From NCBI GenBank assembly GCA_035631875.1, contig DASQHX010000009.1, forward strand, positions 34,691-66,690: DNA of 32,000 nucleotides, in the 5' to 3' direction. The stretch is from Nitrosopumilaceae archaeon. GTDB lineage: Archaea > Thermoproteota > Nitrososphaeria > Nitrososphaerales > Nitrosopumilaceae. Both the position numbers and the translations under genes were made by a program. Position 1 is the first letter of the stretch. Each line of letters starts with the position of its first letter. Below, piece after piece: positions 18,250 through 26,814 of the stretch. The notes beneath the pieces were generated by a model that saw only the letters and a program-made list of their open reading frames with translations, was not told where the DNA came from and ran no database searches.

Positions 18250-18393
18250 ATGAAAATTCCCATTGGTCAAGTATACAAGTTAAAGTGTGAATGTGGACAT
18301 GAGTTCATACAACACATAGGTAATGCAGGAATTTTTGCTTGTAATGTACATAAAGAACATTGCATATGCAAGTTTTTTCATCCTAGAAAATAA
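18250..18393 (+). CDS. candidate 47-aa Cys/His-rich micro-protein
   Basis: ATG-started ORF MKIPIGQVYKLKCECGHEFIQHIGNAGIFACNVHKEHCICKFFHPRK, below the track cut-off. An AT-rich TATA-like run lies 15-30 nt upstream and a T-run immediately downstream. Confidence 0.3.
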   Translation: MKIPIGQVYKLKCECGHEFIQHIGNAGIFACNVHKEHCICKFFHPRK

Positions 18394-18412
18394 CACAATT
18401 CAAAAAATCAGC

Positions 18413-18422
18413 TTTTATTTTT
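18413..18422 (+). terminator. oligo-T run (TTTTATTTTT) downstream of the micro-ORF
   Basis: The T-run is read directly. Archaeal termination commonly uses oligo-T tracts. Confidence 0.25.
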
Positions 18423-18434
18423 AAGAAATCAAGG

Positions 18435-18532
18435 CGCCGGGAGAGAGATTTGAACTCTCGGACCCTTGCGAGTACGCGCTTTATGGTAAATTATTTCCAG
18501 GCGCGCGCCCTACCAGGCTAGGCGACCCCGGC
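18435..18532 (-). tRNA. tRNA-Ser (anticodon GGA) with a 14-nt intron at the canonical 37/38 position
   Basis: This is the only GC-rich island in the region.
- Hand fold: acceptor GCCGGGG/TCCCGGC, D arm GCCT-AGCCTGGTA-GGGC, anticodon stem CGCGC/GCGCG.
- Anticodon loop CU-GGA-A, then intron ATAATTTACCATAA, then A.
- Long variable arm ACTC-GCAA-GGGT (class II tRNA).
- T arm GAGAG-TTCAAAT-CTCTC and discriminator G.
- No CCA is encoded. Confidence 0.85.
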
Positions 18533-18560
18533 ATTTTCGCCAATTTTACTCCTAATTTTG

Positions 18561-18570
18561 ACTATATATT
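18561..18570 (-). promoter_or_regulatory. TATA-like element (AATATATAGT on the minus strand) upstream of the tRNA
   Basis: Centred about 34 nt upstream of the mature tRNA 5' end, consistent with a short leader. Confidence 0.35.
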
Positions 18571-18879
18571 ACTGTAAGAGAAGGTTTCTTAAATCATACA
18601 AACATTCCACAGCAAAATAATTTTTCTTCAGTAAATCCAAATCATATTTTGTTTATTCAGAGATTTAGGACGGTTTATTAAGTCACATTAGGCTTGGATG
18701 CGATGAACAAAAAATTAGCATGTTTGATATCATGGTTTAAGAAAGATTCTGCAAAACCATCAAATGAGAAAGAAACTAAAAAAGAATAAACTAAAAACAA
18801 ACTAGATGATTTTTTAAAAATTTATTTTTAATTAACCTAAGACAATTAGATTTAACATCATTAAATAATTTTTTTGAAA

Positions 18880-21078
18880 TTATCTAAAATGTGAGACTGT
18901 TAGCTTTTCACCAGTCTTTAGATCTTTTTGTGTTCTGACTTTACGAAGTGCGTCTTCAAAGTGTCTCATTTTAACTTTGGCAGTTTCTGCCTGTTTTTCT
19001 GCTTCTACTGGATCAGGATATTTTTCAAGAAATTCATGTATGACCATTGATGCCGCAGTATTTGCAATGGAAGCAACATCAGCACCACTCAGACCATCGG
19101 CATTCTCAGCAATCTTTTCTAGATCCACATAATCAGGGTTTGGACTGTTTTCAATTCTTTTTTCTTTGTCAATAGGAATTTCCTTACAATTTATCTCTAA
19201 TATTTTGAGTCGTCCCTCTTTTTCTGGCATTGGTACTAAAATCATCTTATCAAATCTTCCAGGTCGTATTATCGCCTTGTCAATCATGTCTGCCCTGTTT
19301 GTTGCTGCAAGGACTACAACGCCATGTAAGCTTTCAATGCCATCAAGTTCAGTTAGAAGCTGACTAACAACTTTTTCTGTAACGGCACTCTCTCCCATTC
19401 CTCGTACCGGAACAATAGAGTCAATCTCATCAAAGAATATTACACACGGCGAAGCTTGCCTTGCCCTTTTGAATATCTCACGTATTCCACGCTCTGATTC
19501 CCCAACCCATTTTGAGAGTAACTCTGGGCCCTTTACTGAAATGAAATTTGCTTCACTTTCTGTTGCTACAGCTTTTGCTAAAAGCGTTTTGCCAGTTCCG
19601 CTTGGTCCATAAAGCAATATACCGCGTGTCATCCGGTAACCTAGTTTTGAGTAAAGTTCAGGATATTTCATTGGCCATTCCACTGCTTCCTGTAATTCAC
19701 GCTTTACACTTTCCAATCCTCCAACTTCGTCCCATTTTACATCCGGTCTTTCAATGTAAACTTCACGCATTCCGGCTGGTGTAACTTCACGATATGCATA
19801 CTGATAATCTTCTGCGTTTACAATTAATTTTTCCAAAGTTTCAGTTGGAATTTTTTCATCTGCCAAATTAATTTCTGGCAATAATCTTCTCAAACATTTC
19901 ATTGCAGCTTCTTTGCAAAGATATTCCAAATCAGCGCCTACATATCCATGACTTATTGCAGCAATTTTTTCCAAGTTTACATCTTCAGCTAATGGCATGT
20001 TTCTTGTGTGTATCAAAAGTATGTCTAATCTTCCCTTCTTGTCTGGGATTCTAATTTCAATTTCTCTATCAAATCTACCAGGTCTCCTAAGCGCCGGATC
20101 TAGGGCATTTGGTCTGTTTGATGCAGCAATTACAATTACTTTTCCTCTTCCCTCCAAACCATCCATGAGTGAGAGCATCTGGGAAACTACTCTTCTCTCA
20201 ACTTCGCCTATTACCTCTTCGCGTTTTGGAGCAATAGAATCTATTTCATCTATAAAAATAATTGATGGTGCTCTCTCTTTTGCTTCTTTAAAAATTTCTC
20301 GTAGTCTTGCTTCGCTTTCTCCATAAAACTTGCTCATGATTTCAGGACCAGATATGCTGATAAAGTGGGCATTGCTTTCATTGGCAACTGCTTTAGCTAA
20401 AAGTGTTTTTCCAGTTCCTGGCACTCCATAAAGTAACACACCTTTTGGCGCTTCAACTCCAAGTTTTTCAAATATTTCTGGATGTCGCATTGGAAGCTCA
20501 ATCATTTCACGGACTTTTTTAATTTCGCTAGTCAGTCCTCCAATGTCTTCATATGACACTTGAGGAACTCCACGCAGAGTATCTCCTTTTTCAGCAATGT
20601 GAAATACTGTTTTTTGAGTGACAATCACTGCATCTACCGCTGGTGTGACACCAATTACCTGAAAAGTAAGTCTACCACCAAAATACGGAACCATCACATT
20701 GTCTCCTTTTACCAAAGGAACGCTTTCTAGTGAATCAGTAAGATATTTTTCATCCAGTGGAGGTATAGAATCAAGCGGTGCAACTATTATAGATTCAGCA
20801 GTGACAGTTTTTATCTTTCGCATTGTAATGGTATCCCCCATTGCTACTCCCGTATTGTTTCTAACAAGACCATCCACTCTAACAATTCCATTTCCTTCGT
20901 CAGATGGATAAAGTGGAAGACATTTTGCAACTGATCTTCTTTTTCCCTTGATTTCTAAAATATCACCTGCTGATGCCTCTAGTTTTTTCATTGAATCAGA
21001 ATCAATACGTGCAATACTTCTTCCAACATCACGAGCATATGCTTCTAATATCTTAAGTGAGATTTCATTTTGGCTTAT
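18880..21078 (-). CDS. cdc48: CDC48/VAT-type AAA+ ATPase (N-domain plus two AAA modules); true start unresolved
   Basis: Two Walker A motifs ([16 protein letters not shown]) and two Walker B motifs ([16 protein letters not shown]). The track ORF starts at ATG 20991, but the conserved N-domain sequence [23 protein letters not shown] continues in frame upstream to the TAG at 21091..21093. The end coordinate given here is the candidate ATA at 21078..21076. Confidence 0.9.
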   Translation of the reverse strand: MSQNEISLKILEAYARDVGRSIARIDSDSMKKLEASAGDILEIKGKRRSVAKCLPLYPSDEGNGIVRVDGLVRNNTGVAMGDTITMRKIKTVTAESIIVAPLDSIPPLDEKYLTDSLESVPLVKGDNVMVPYFGGRLTFQVIGVTPAVDAVIVTQKTVFHIAEKGDTLRGVPQVSYEDIGGLTSEIKKVREMIELPMRHPEIFEKLGVEAPKGVLLYGVPGTGKTLLAKAVANESNAHFISISGPEIMSKFYGESEARLREIFKEAKERAPSIIFIDEIDSIAPKREEVIGEVERRVVSQMLSLMDGLEGRGKVIVIAASNRPNALDPALRRPGRFDREIEIRIPDKKGRLDILLIHTRNMPLAEDVNLEKIAAISHGYVGADLEYLCKEAAMKCLRRLLPEINLADEKIPTETLEKLIVNAEDYQYAYREVTPAGMREVYIERPDVKWDEVGGLESVKRELQEAVEWPMKYPELYSKLGYRMTRGILLYGPSGTGKTLLAKAVATESEANFISVKGPELLSKWVGESERGIREIFKRARQASPCVIFFDEIDSIVPVRGMGESAVTEKVVSQLLTELDGIESLHGVVVLAATNRADMIDKAIIRPGRFDKMILVPMPEKEGRLKILEINCKEIPIDKEKRIENSPNPDYVDLEKIAENADGLSGADVASIANTAASMVIHEFLEKYPDPVEAEKQAETAKVKMRHFEDALRKVRTQKDLKTGEKLTVSHFR

Positions 21079-21102
21079 GAATTCAGTTACCTAGCCTGAG
21101 CC

Positions 21103-21107
21103 TTATA
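21103..21107 (-). promoter_or_regulatory. TATAA element about 27 nt upstream of the candidate ATA start of cdc48
   Basis: Minus-strand reading is AAAGGTATAAGG. The spacing to 21078 matches the spacing seen for pfdA in this window. Confidence 0.3.
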
Positions 21108-21202
21108 CCTTTGTTATTTCAATTATTTACAAAGTGGCATGGTACAATCAAATCATTTTTTGATCTTTAAATTGATTTATACAGCAAAAATTACTCATTG
21201 CC

Positions 21203-21484
21203 ATGTCTGAGAATGAAGTGGAGATCATTAAATCAGAAATGAAAGAATATGTTTCAGGCTGGGGCAGAAAATATTCAGAATGGTGCGTTGGGATTACAGA
21301 AAATGCAAAGCATCGACTTTTTAGAGACTATCATGTAAATGAAAAAAATGACGCATGGATTTATCATGCTGCCTCTTCTTCTGATATTGCAAGAAAAATA
21401 GAATTATATTTTATTGATATTGGTGTGAAAAGTGATCCTAGAACCAAAAATGAGTACGCCAAAATTTATTTGTATAAAGTATAA
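21203..21484 (+). CDS. small hypothetical protein (weak GIY-YIG-like WCVGIT..AKHRL..H pattern)
   Basis: 93-aa ATG-started ORF. The motif resemblance is weak and I do not rely on it. Confidence 0.45.
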   Translation: MSENEVEIIKSEMKEYVSGWGRKYSEWCVGITENAKHRLFRDYHVNEKNDAWIYHAASSSDIARKIELYFIDIGVKSDPRTKNEYAKIYLYKV

Positions 21485-21494
21485 AAAATAAAAA

Positions 21495-21635
21495 TTAATT
21501 TTCCCAATACCATTTTGGTTTGAATCCATCATGTTTTGATGGATGCGCTGCCTTGAAGTGTCTCTCTAATCTTACAAGATCTCCAAATTGCATGCCACAT
21601 TCTTTACATTTAAAATCTTTTTTTCTATCAAACAT
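21495..21635 (-). CDS. 46-aa classical C2H2 zinc-finger micro-protein
   Basis: Below the track cut-off. MFDRKKDFKCKECGMQFGDLVRLERHFKAAHPSKHDGFKPKWYWEN fits F-x-C-x2-C-x3-F-x5-L-x2-H-x4-H exactly. An AT-rich TAATATTATA element lies about 20-25 nt upstream. Confidence 0.55.
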   Translation of the reverse strand: MFDRKKDFKCKECGMQFGDLVRLERHFKAAHPSKHDGFKPKWYWEN

Positions 21636-22149
21636 TGTGTTCTTTAGCACCTATAATATTAACACCAAGTTGTCTAGATATGATTTGTTCTTTTTGTAAA
21701 TCATGTAAAAGTATGAACAGCTATTACAATTCCATTACTGATGATCTAGTTAATTTTTTCATTAGTAATATTCTCTATTGTAGATTTGTTTTTGTTTTCT
21801 ACTTTGACTGTATGATCGAATTTTATATTCATATCACCAAATTCGAATGCTTTTTTCATATCTGCTGATTATTTGTTTAAAATATAACAATTGATTAACC
21901 ATGTTAGTTAACTTTGTTAAGTAACAAAGATGCACAGTTGATTATAAGCAAAATTACATATCATGTTATATGAACAAAAAAATCAATATGATGTATTAGT
22001 TGCATGTGTAAAAATGGTTTACCTTCATTTTATGTGGAAATATTTTCTGCAAATGCACAAATGACAATAAAATCAATTCTGTCAACTTTATTGATTAGTG
22101 TTGGAATCACATTATATGGTTTTGATTAATTCTTGTTTTGATTACAAAA

Positions 22150-22599
22150 TCATTTGAAGATGTTTATCGTAATTGATTTTTTTAACATATTACCTGAGGA
22201 GGAATCTGTGCTTGAAACAATATTATATGTCCCTTCAATTATTTTATTACCATCTAATTTTGTCTGGTTCCATACAAATGCTTTTTCTTCTTCTGGTTTC
22301 AGAACCGATATTACCTGAGCAGATATTGGAGAATAAAGTACAATTCCATCAAGCTGTTTTATCTTCAAACCATACGATGCATCTGAAAATGTCAATGGAA
22401 TCGTGCCAGAGTTTACTATTTTGATATGTATTGGTTCACCAAGGTGAAAGTTTGTTTTTTCCGTTATTACAGAAAGTGATGGTCCTAGAACATGAATAGG
22501 GATTAGAGATTGATTAGCAATTTCTAAAAAGAAAATTCCCACAAGACCACTTCCAATTATTCCTAGTATAATACAAATGATGGCGCCTTTTGGTATCAA
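22150..22599 (-). CDS. membrane-anchored protein with a beta-rich (Ig/BsuPI-like) ectodomain
   Basis: 149 aa with a TTG start and an N-terminal TM helix IICIILGIIGSGLVGIFFL. The following alternating beta pattern is reminiscent of BsuPI-type domains (inference). Confidence 0.5.
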   Translation of the reverse strand: MIPKGAIICIILGIIGSGLVGIFFLEIANQSLIPIHVLGPSLSVITEKTNFHLGEPIHIKIVNSGTIPLTFSDASYGLKIKQLDGIVLYSPISAQVISVLKPEEEKAFVWNQTKLDGNKIIEGTYNIVSSTDSSSGNMLKKSITINIFK

Positions 22600-22625
22600 C
22601 TCTAAAAAGTGAATTTGTTTCCTTT

Positions 22626-23624
22626 TTAATTGTTAATAACCGATTTTGTTCGCCAGTTCTTTGGATATGTGTTTGGCGCCATGATAATTCGCCTTAGCTG
22701 AAATGCAAATCCTTTTGTGTTTTCTACAATTTCAGATTCGGACAAGATTGCTTCTGCAAGAGCAACAACCTCTCCTTTTTGAGTATAGATTCCAACAAAA
22801 TCACCTTTTGTAATACCATGTGAAATTTCCAATATGCCAGGTATTGCAAGCTGAGCACCATGACATAATGCATCTACTGCAGAATCACGAATTACTACTG
22901 ATTTTAGCTCACTTAATACATATTCTATTGGCATTAGTATTCTACGTAGTTTTGAATCATCACCTTTTTCTTTCCATATGGCATATGCATCTACAAGATC
23001 ATGCATTTTTACAAGATTAGAATCTTCATTGAATTGACTCACACGAGTTCTTCTTAGCTCAATCATTGTGGCACCTGGACCAAGCACTTCACCAATATCA
23101 TAGAAAATTTTTCTTATATAGGTTCCAGCTTCACATAAAATTCTCATAAGAATTAGTCTTTCCTTTTGTTCAATTACATCGATTTCATGGATACTTCTGA
23201 CTCTGGTTTGTCTTGAAACAGAAGAGCGCTGTGGCGGCTTTTGGTAAATTTTTCCAGTGAATTGCTTTAGAACAGATTGTAGTTTTTCATTTGAAGGAAG
23301 TGTGTGTAACCTACCAAGTGCATGATACTCCTTTGGACCTAAAAGCAGAACAATCAATGCTTTTGTGGCTTCACCAAGACCAACTGGCAATATACCAGAG
23401 ACCATCGGATCAAGTGTTCCACTATGTCCTGCCTTTGGTATGTTTAGAATTTTTTTGATCCATGCCACTGTCTCATGACTTGTTGGACCGTTTGGTTTAT
23501 CCAATAAAATAAAACCATAATCAAGAAGTTGCTGTACGGTTCTTTTTTCACAATATGTACCATAAGAATCGTTTGTTATGTCTTGATCTATTACTCTAAG
23601 ATTTTGTAGTTGTTTTAGCACCAT
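22626..23624 (-). CDS. cbf5: H/ACA RNP pseudouridine synthase Cbf5 (TruB family with PUA domain)
   Basis: 332 aa with LLDKPNGPTSHE and the catalytic GHSGTLDP motif. A C-terminal PUA-like segment reads VVIRDSAVDALCHGAQLAIPGI. Confidence 0.9.
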   Translation of the reverse strand: MVLKQLQNLRVIDQDITNDSYGTYCEKRTVQQLLDYGFILLDKPNGPTSHETVAWIKKILNIPKAGHSGTLDPMVSGILPVGLGEATKALIVLLLGPKEYHALGRLHTLPSNEKLQSVLKQFTGKIYQKPPQRSSVSRQTRVRSIHEIDVIEQKERLILMRILCEAGTYIRKIFYDIGEVLGPGATMIELRRTRVSQFNEDSNLVKMHDLVDAYAIWKEKGDDSKLRRILMPIEYVLSELKSVVIRDSAVDALCHGAQLAIPGILEISHGITKGDFVGIYTQKGEVVALAEAILSESEIVENTKGFAFQLRRIIMAPNTYPKNWRTKSVINN

Positions 23625-24180
23625 ATCTTTCTTTTACCAATGAGCTTGCCACTGAAAGTACTTCGTCTGCACCCAGGTTATCCGTATTTATTATTATATC
23701 AAAGACCGTAAGATCCTCACCAAAATCAAACCCATAAAGTTTTTTGTAGATCATTTTGTTTTCCTCATATCGTTTTTTTACAATCTCAAATGCTTCATCA
23801 AAAGAAATACCATCGCGTACAGTCATCCTTTTTGCACTATTTTCCTGAGAGCCCGCAAGCCAGATCTTAATTCCATCTTCTACAAGCCAAGGAAGTGTAT
23901 AGCTAGTAATGATTTTACCTCCTTCCAAGAATAATTTCTTTAGCTTTTCATCTACTTTTTTGTCAAACTCTGGATTTGTCTTTCTCATGTTTAAAAATTT
24001 CATACCAAAGCTAGTGTCCCAAAAATCATCTCGTCCTGTCTTAAATCCCTGTTCTTCTCCAAGTTCCTTCAATACATCACCACCACTAAGATATTTTAAA
24101 TCAAATTCTTTTGCAAGTCCTTTTGATACTGTAGTCTTTCCAATGGCTGGAGGACCAGAAATTATTACTGACTTCAGCAA
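23596..24180 (-). CDS. cmk: archaeal-type cytidylate kinase
   Basis: 194 aa with a TTG start and P-loop SGPPAIGKTT. It occupies the conserved position after adk-DUF106. Confidence 0.8.
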   Translation of the reverse strand: MLKSVIISGPPAIGKTTVSKGLAKEFDLKYLSGGDVLKELGEEQGFKTGRDDFWDTSFGMKFLNMRKTNPEFDKKVDEKLKKLFLEGGKIITSYTLPWLVEDGIKIWLAGSQENSAKRMTVRDGISFDEAFEIVKKRYEENKMIYKKLYGFDFGEDLTVFDIIINTDNLGADEVLSVASSLVKERYGAKTTTKS

Positions 24181-24181
24181 T

Positions 24182-24832
24182 TCAGTCTAAATCCATTGTG
24201 GTTTTTGTGAGTCTCATTATTATTCCGCTAAAGGAAATAGAACAAAGGAAGTACCAAGCCCAAAAGTACACTTCGTTTACATGATGACAAATGTGCGGAT
24301 GGCCAGTAATTTGTGAGTCAGCTACTTTAGCGACCGTGCACGTTAGTTGGAAAAAGTCTCCTGGAACAAAATTCAGAGACATTGGTGCTAGTGCAACTGT
24401 ATATGCAAACAAATGTGGCAGTACAAAGTAAAATATCAAAATCAGAGGAACAAACGTAATCATCATCGGCCTCATGTTTATCTGCATTAGTTCCATGTTC
24501 ATCTTGTTCATGTACGCCGATTTTTTATTTAGTTCATCAATTTTTTCTTGATCTTTTGCCCTAAAGGCAGCCATTCTTTCTTTTTGCCATGTTCTTGTTT
24601 CTCGCATCAACCTTTTGAGTTTACTTTGGTCAACCATTTTTCGTTTTATTATAGCATTAAACAAGTTTAACGCTATTGCAACTCCAACAATTCCAAATGC
24701 AGATGCTATCATCCCCTTTACCAGAGGATTTTCACTGCCAAGGGGACCTCTATTCAGACCAGGTATTTGTAGAAAGATTGAATTTAGAAAATCCAGGATT
24801 ATACTATGTTCCATTGTTGAATCCCATCGCAC
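24182..24832 (-). CDS. DUF106/EMC3-TMCO1-like membrane protein (archaeal YidC/Oxa1-like insertase candidate)
   Basis: TM1, a charged coiled-coil KLKRLMRETRTWQKERMAAFRAKDQEKIDELNKK, then the M-rich MELMQINMRPMM and further TM helices. It sits in the conserved archaeal secY-adk-DUF106-cmk context. The start could instead be M7 at 24814. Confidence 0.7.
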   Translation of the reverse strand: MRWDSTMEHSIILDFLNSIFLQIPGLNRGPLGSENPLVKGMIASAFGIVGVAIALNLFNAIIKRKMVDQSKLKRLMRETRTWQKERMAAFRAKDQEKIDELNKKSAYMNKMNMELMQINMRPMMITFVPLILIFYFVLPHLFAYTVALAPMSLNFVPGDFFQLTCTVAKVADSQITGHPHICHHVNEVYFWAWYFLCSISFSGIIMRLTKTTMDLD

Positions 24833-25403
24833 TTACAATTCCTTTAGCTACCTCATCAATCTTTCCTTCTGAATTTAGAATCATCTTAATTGGAGATCCA
24901 CATAAAATGGAACATGTGGAAAGCATGGCACTAGTAACGTCCAGTTCTTTTTTAATTGCCTCTATTGAGACAATGTCTCTATTTCGTGTGGTGTCTTTCA
25001 TTCTTCGATTATAGATCTCTTCCGGTCTTGCGCTAATCATAATGAAACTGTCCGGTGTTAAAATTTCCAAGACGTTGTGAGGTAGACCCGGGTAATATCC
25101 CTCTTTTGTTGCAATAAATGCATGTGTATCCACAATTACAACATCATCTGTCATAGAGGCAATTTTTTTTGCTGCCATGGATTGGAGTTTTTTCTGCTCT
25201 GGCACTGAAAGTTTTCGCAGATCATCTCTGTCTTTGATTCCATTTTTTTTTGCCTCTTCAAACATGACAGTTCCAAAGATAGATACATTTACGCTAATTT
25301 TTTTTAATCTTAATAATTCTACAACCTTCGATACCAGAGTAGTCTTTCCAACACCAGGAATTCCTACAATTATTACGCGCCTACTTTCTGCCAAGTAGGG
25401 CAC
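24804..25403 (-). CDS. adkA: archaeal adenylate kinase
   Basis: VIIVGIPGVGKTT, DRDDLRKLS, IVDTHA and KDTTRNRD are collinear with Sulfolobus-type AdkA. The start is GTG 25403 or TTG 25394. Confidence 0.88.
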   Translation of the reverse strand: MPYLAESRRVIIVGIPGVGKTTLVSKVVELLRLKKISVNVSIFGTVMFEEAKKNGIKDRDDLRKLSVPEQKKLQSMAAKKIASMTDDVVIVDTHAFIATKEGYYPGLPHNVLEILTPDSFIMISARPEEIYNRRMKDTTRNRDIVSIEAIKKELDVTSAMLSTCSILCGSPIKMILNSEGKIDEVAKGIVSAMGFNNGT

Positions 25404-26814
25404 CCAGTGATGGCATTACCTCTTCTACTTTTTCTCTTACAAGCAAGTTATAATAGTTGATCAAAATGTCTACTGTAAGTAACATCCCTGTTCCAGATCC
25501 AAAAGTTCCCAAGACATCAGAGGTACCAGCTAGAAGACCAAGAATCATAGAACCAAGTATAGTAACAGATGGAATATATTTTTGAAGAAGAGCTTCCACT
25601 GGTTGGTTTGAACGTCTGAAGCCAGGAACTTGGACATCTGCATCAAGAAGGTTCTTCGCTGCACTCTTTGCAGATAATCCTCCAAGTTCTATCCACAACC
25701 TACCAAACAAAACCACAATTCCTACCATGAACAAGATATACATCACTGCACGCATTGGATCTAGTGCAACAATGTCCAATCCACGCGGAGCTGTAACATA
25801 ATACAATATACCTCCGGTCGGAGTAGACGGAGCTGTAGGATCAAACATTCCTAGAAAATTCATAAATGGATTGGCATTTCTTGGATTAAAGTTTGCCCAA
25901 AGCATCTGACCAATAAACACTGCGTTGGCAGTAAGTGCTGATGCCAAAATTACTGGAATATTAGACACATACATCAATTTGATTGGGTAAACTGCAGAAA
26001 ATCCTCTGTATTTTGTGGATACGATTGGAATCTCGATTTTGATTCCCTGTGTATAAACTAGAATTAGTAATACTCCAGCAGTGACAAAGAGTCCAAAGAT
26101 ACCAGGCAGCTGGTTAGACCGGAAAAATAGATTTGAAAAGTTTCCAGTGATAAAGGAATGCCCAATGTTTACAAATACACCTACAGGTCCACCATCTCCT
26201 GCAGGTATTGGACTAAATAAACTCCAGACTACTTGTTGTGCTACACCTGCAGCAATAAAAAGACTGATTCCACTTCCCAGTCCCCATCCCTTTTGAATTA
26301 ATTCATCTAAAAGCATGATTATAATTGATGCACCAATAAGCTGACCTACTAGAATAAAACCTGCCTCATGACTTGGTAGTCTTGGACCATAGACTGCCAT
26401 TCCATATAGTGATGACTCGGCAACTATTACGATATATGTTACAATCTTTGTTGCTGTTTGATATAGTTCTCTATCTTCTGGTTTCTTGAAATCAAGGTGA
26501 AAGATTTCAGAGCCTTTTAAGAGCTGCATCAAAAGTCCTGCAGTAACTATAGGACCAATTCCAAGTTCGATTAGTGTTCCTTGTTGTGATGCAAAGATAA
26601 CTCTTGCAAATGCAAGAAAGTCAAATGCTGGAACGGTTGCACCATAAAGCGGTGTTTGGCCCATTATCATATAGATGAAGAGTGCCAATCCACACCACAT
26701 GAGACGGACTTGTAATGGAATTTTCTTTTTTGGTTTTGGAACTTGCGGAATGTAGACTTCAGCTTTAGAAATTATTTTTCTCAGAATACCTGTTGGTGTT
26801 CCTTCTTCAATCAT
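25381..26814 (-). CDS. secY: preprotein translocase subunit SecY
   Basis: 477 aa with a 10-TM pattern. It follows L15 in the canonical order. Confidence 0.95.
   Translation of the reverse strand: MIEEGTPTGILRKIISKAEVYIPQVPKPKKKIPLQVRLMWCGLALFIYMIMGQTPLYGATVPAFDFLAFARVIFASQQGTLIELGIGPIVTAGLLMQLLKGSEIFHLDFKKPEDRELYQTATKIVTYIVIVAESSLYGMAVYGPRLPSHEAGFILVGQLIGASIIIMLLDELIQKGWGLGSGISLFIAAGVAQQVVWSLFSPIPAGDGGPVGVFVNIGHSFITGNFSNLFFRSNQLPGIFGLFVTAGVLLILVYTQGIKIEIPIVSTKYRGFSAVYPIKLMYVSNIPVILASALTANAVFIGQMLWANFNPRNANPFMNFLGMFDPTAPSTPTGGILYYVTAPRGLDIVALDPMRAVMYILFMVGIVVLFGRLWIELGGLSAKSAAKNLLDADVQVPGFRRSNQPVEALLQKYIPSVTILGSMILGLLAGTSDVLGTFGSGTGMLLTVDILINYYNLLVREKVEEVMPSLGALLGRK

Noticed and set aside
18703-18789. 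28-aa ORF MNKKLACLISWFKKDSAKPSNEKETKKE downstream of the CDC48 stop region.
   Set aside because: It is too short and compositionally unremarkable, and no promoter-like element lies at the right distance.
17883-18879. The tRNA-flanking non-coding kilobase as a possible integration site or remnant of a mobile element.
   Set aside because: There is no integrase or transposase ORF and no direct repeat of the tRNA 3' half. The only resemblance is an 8-nt AGAGATTT match at about 18660. Flanking genes are ordinary housekeeping genes.
21635-21868. 77-aa TTG-started ORF from the track.
   Set aside because: Cys/Phe/Ile-rich low-complexity translation of AT-rich DNA. Its start overlaps the start of the much better supported C2H2 ORF on the opposite strand.
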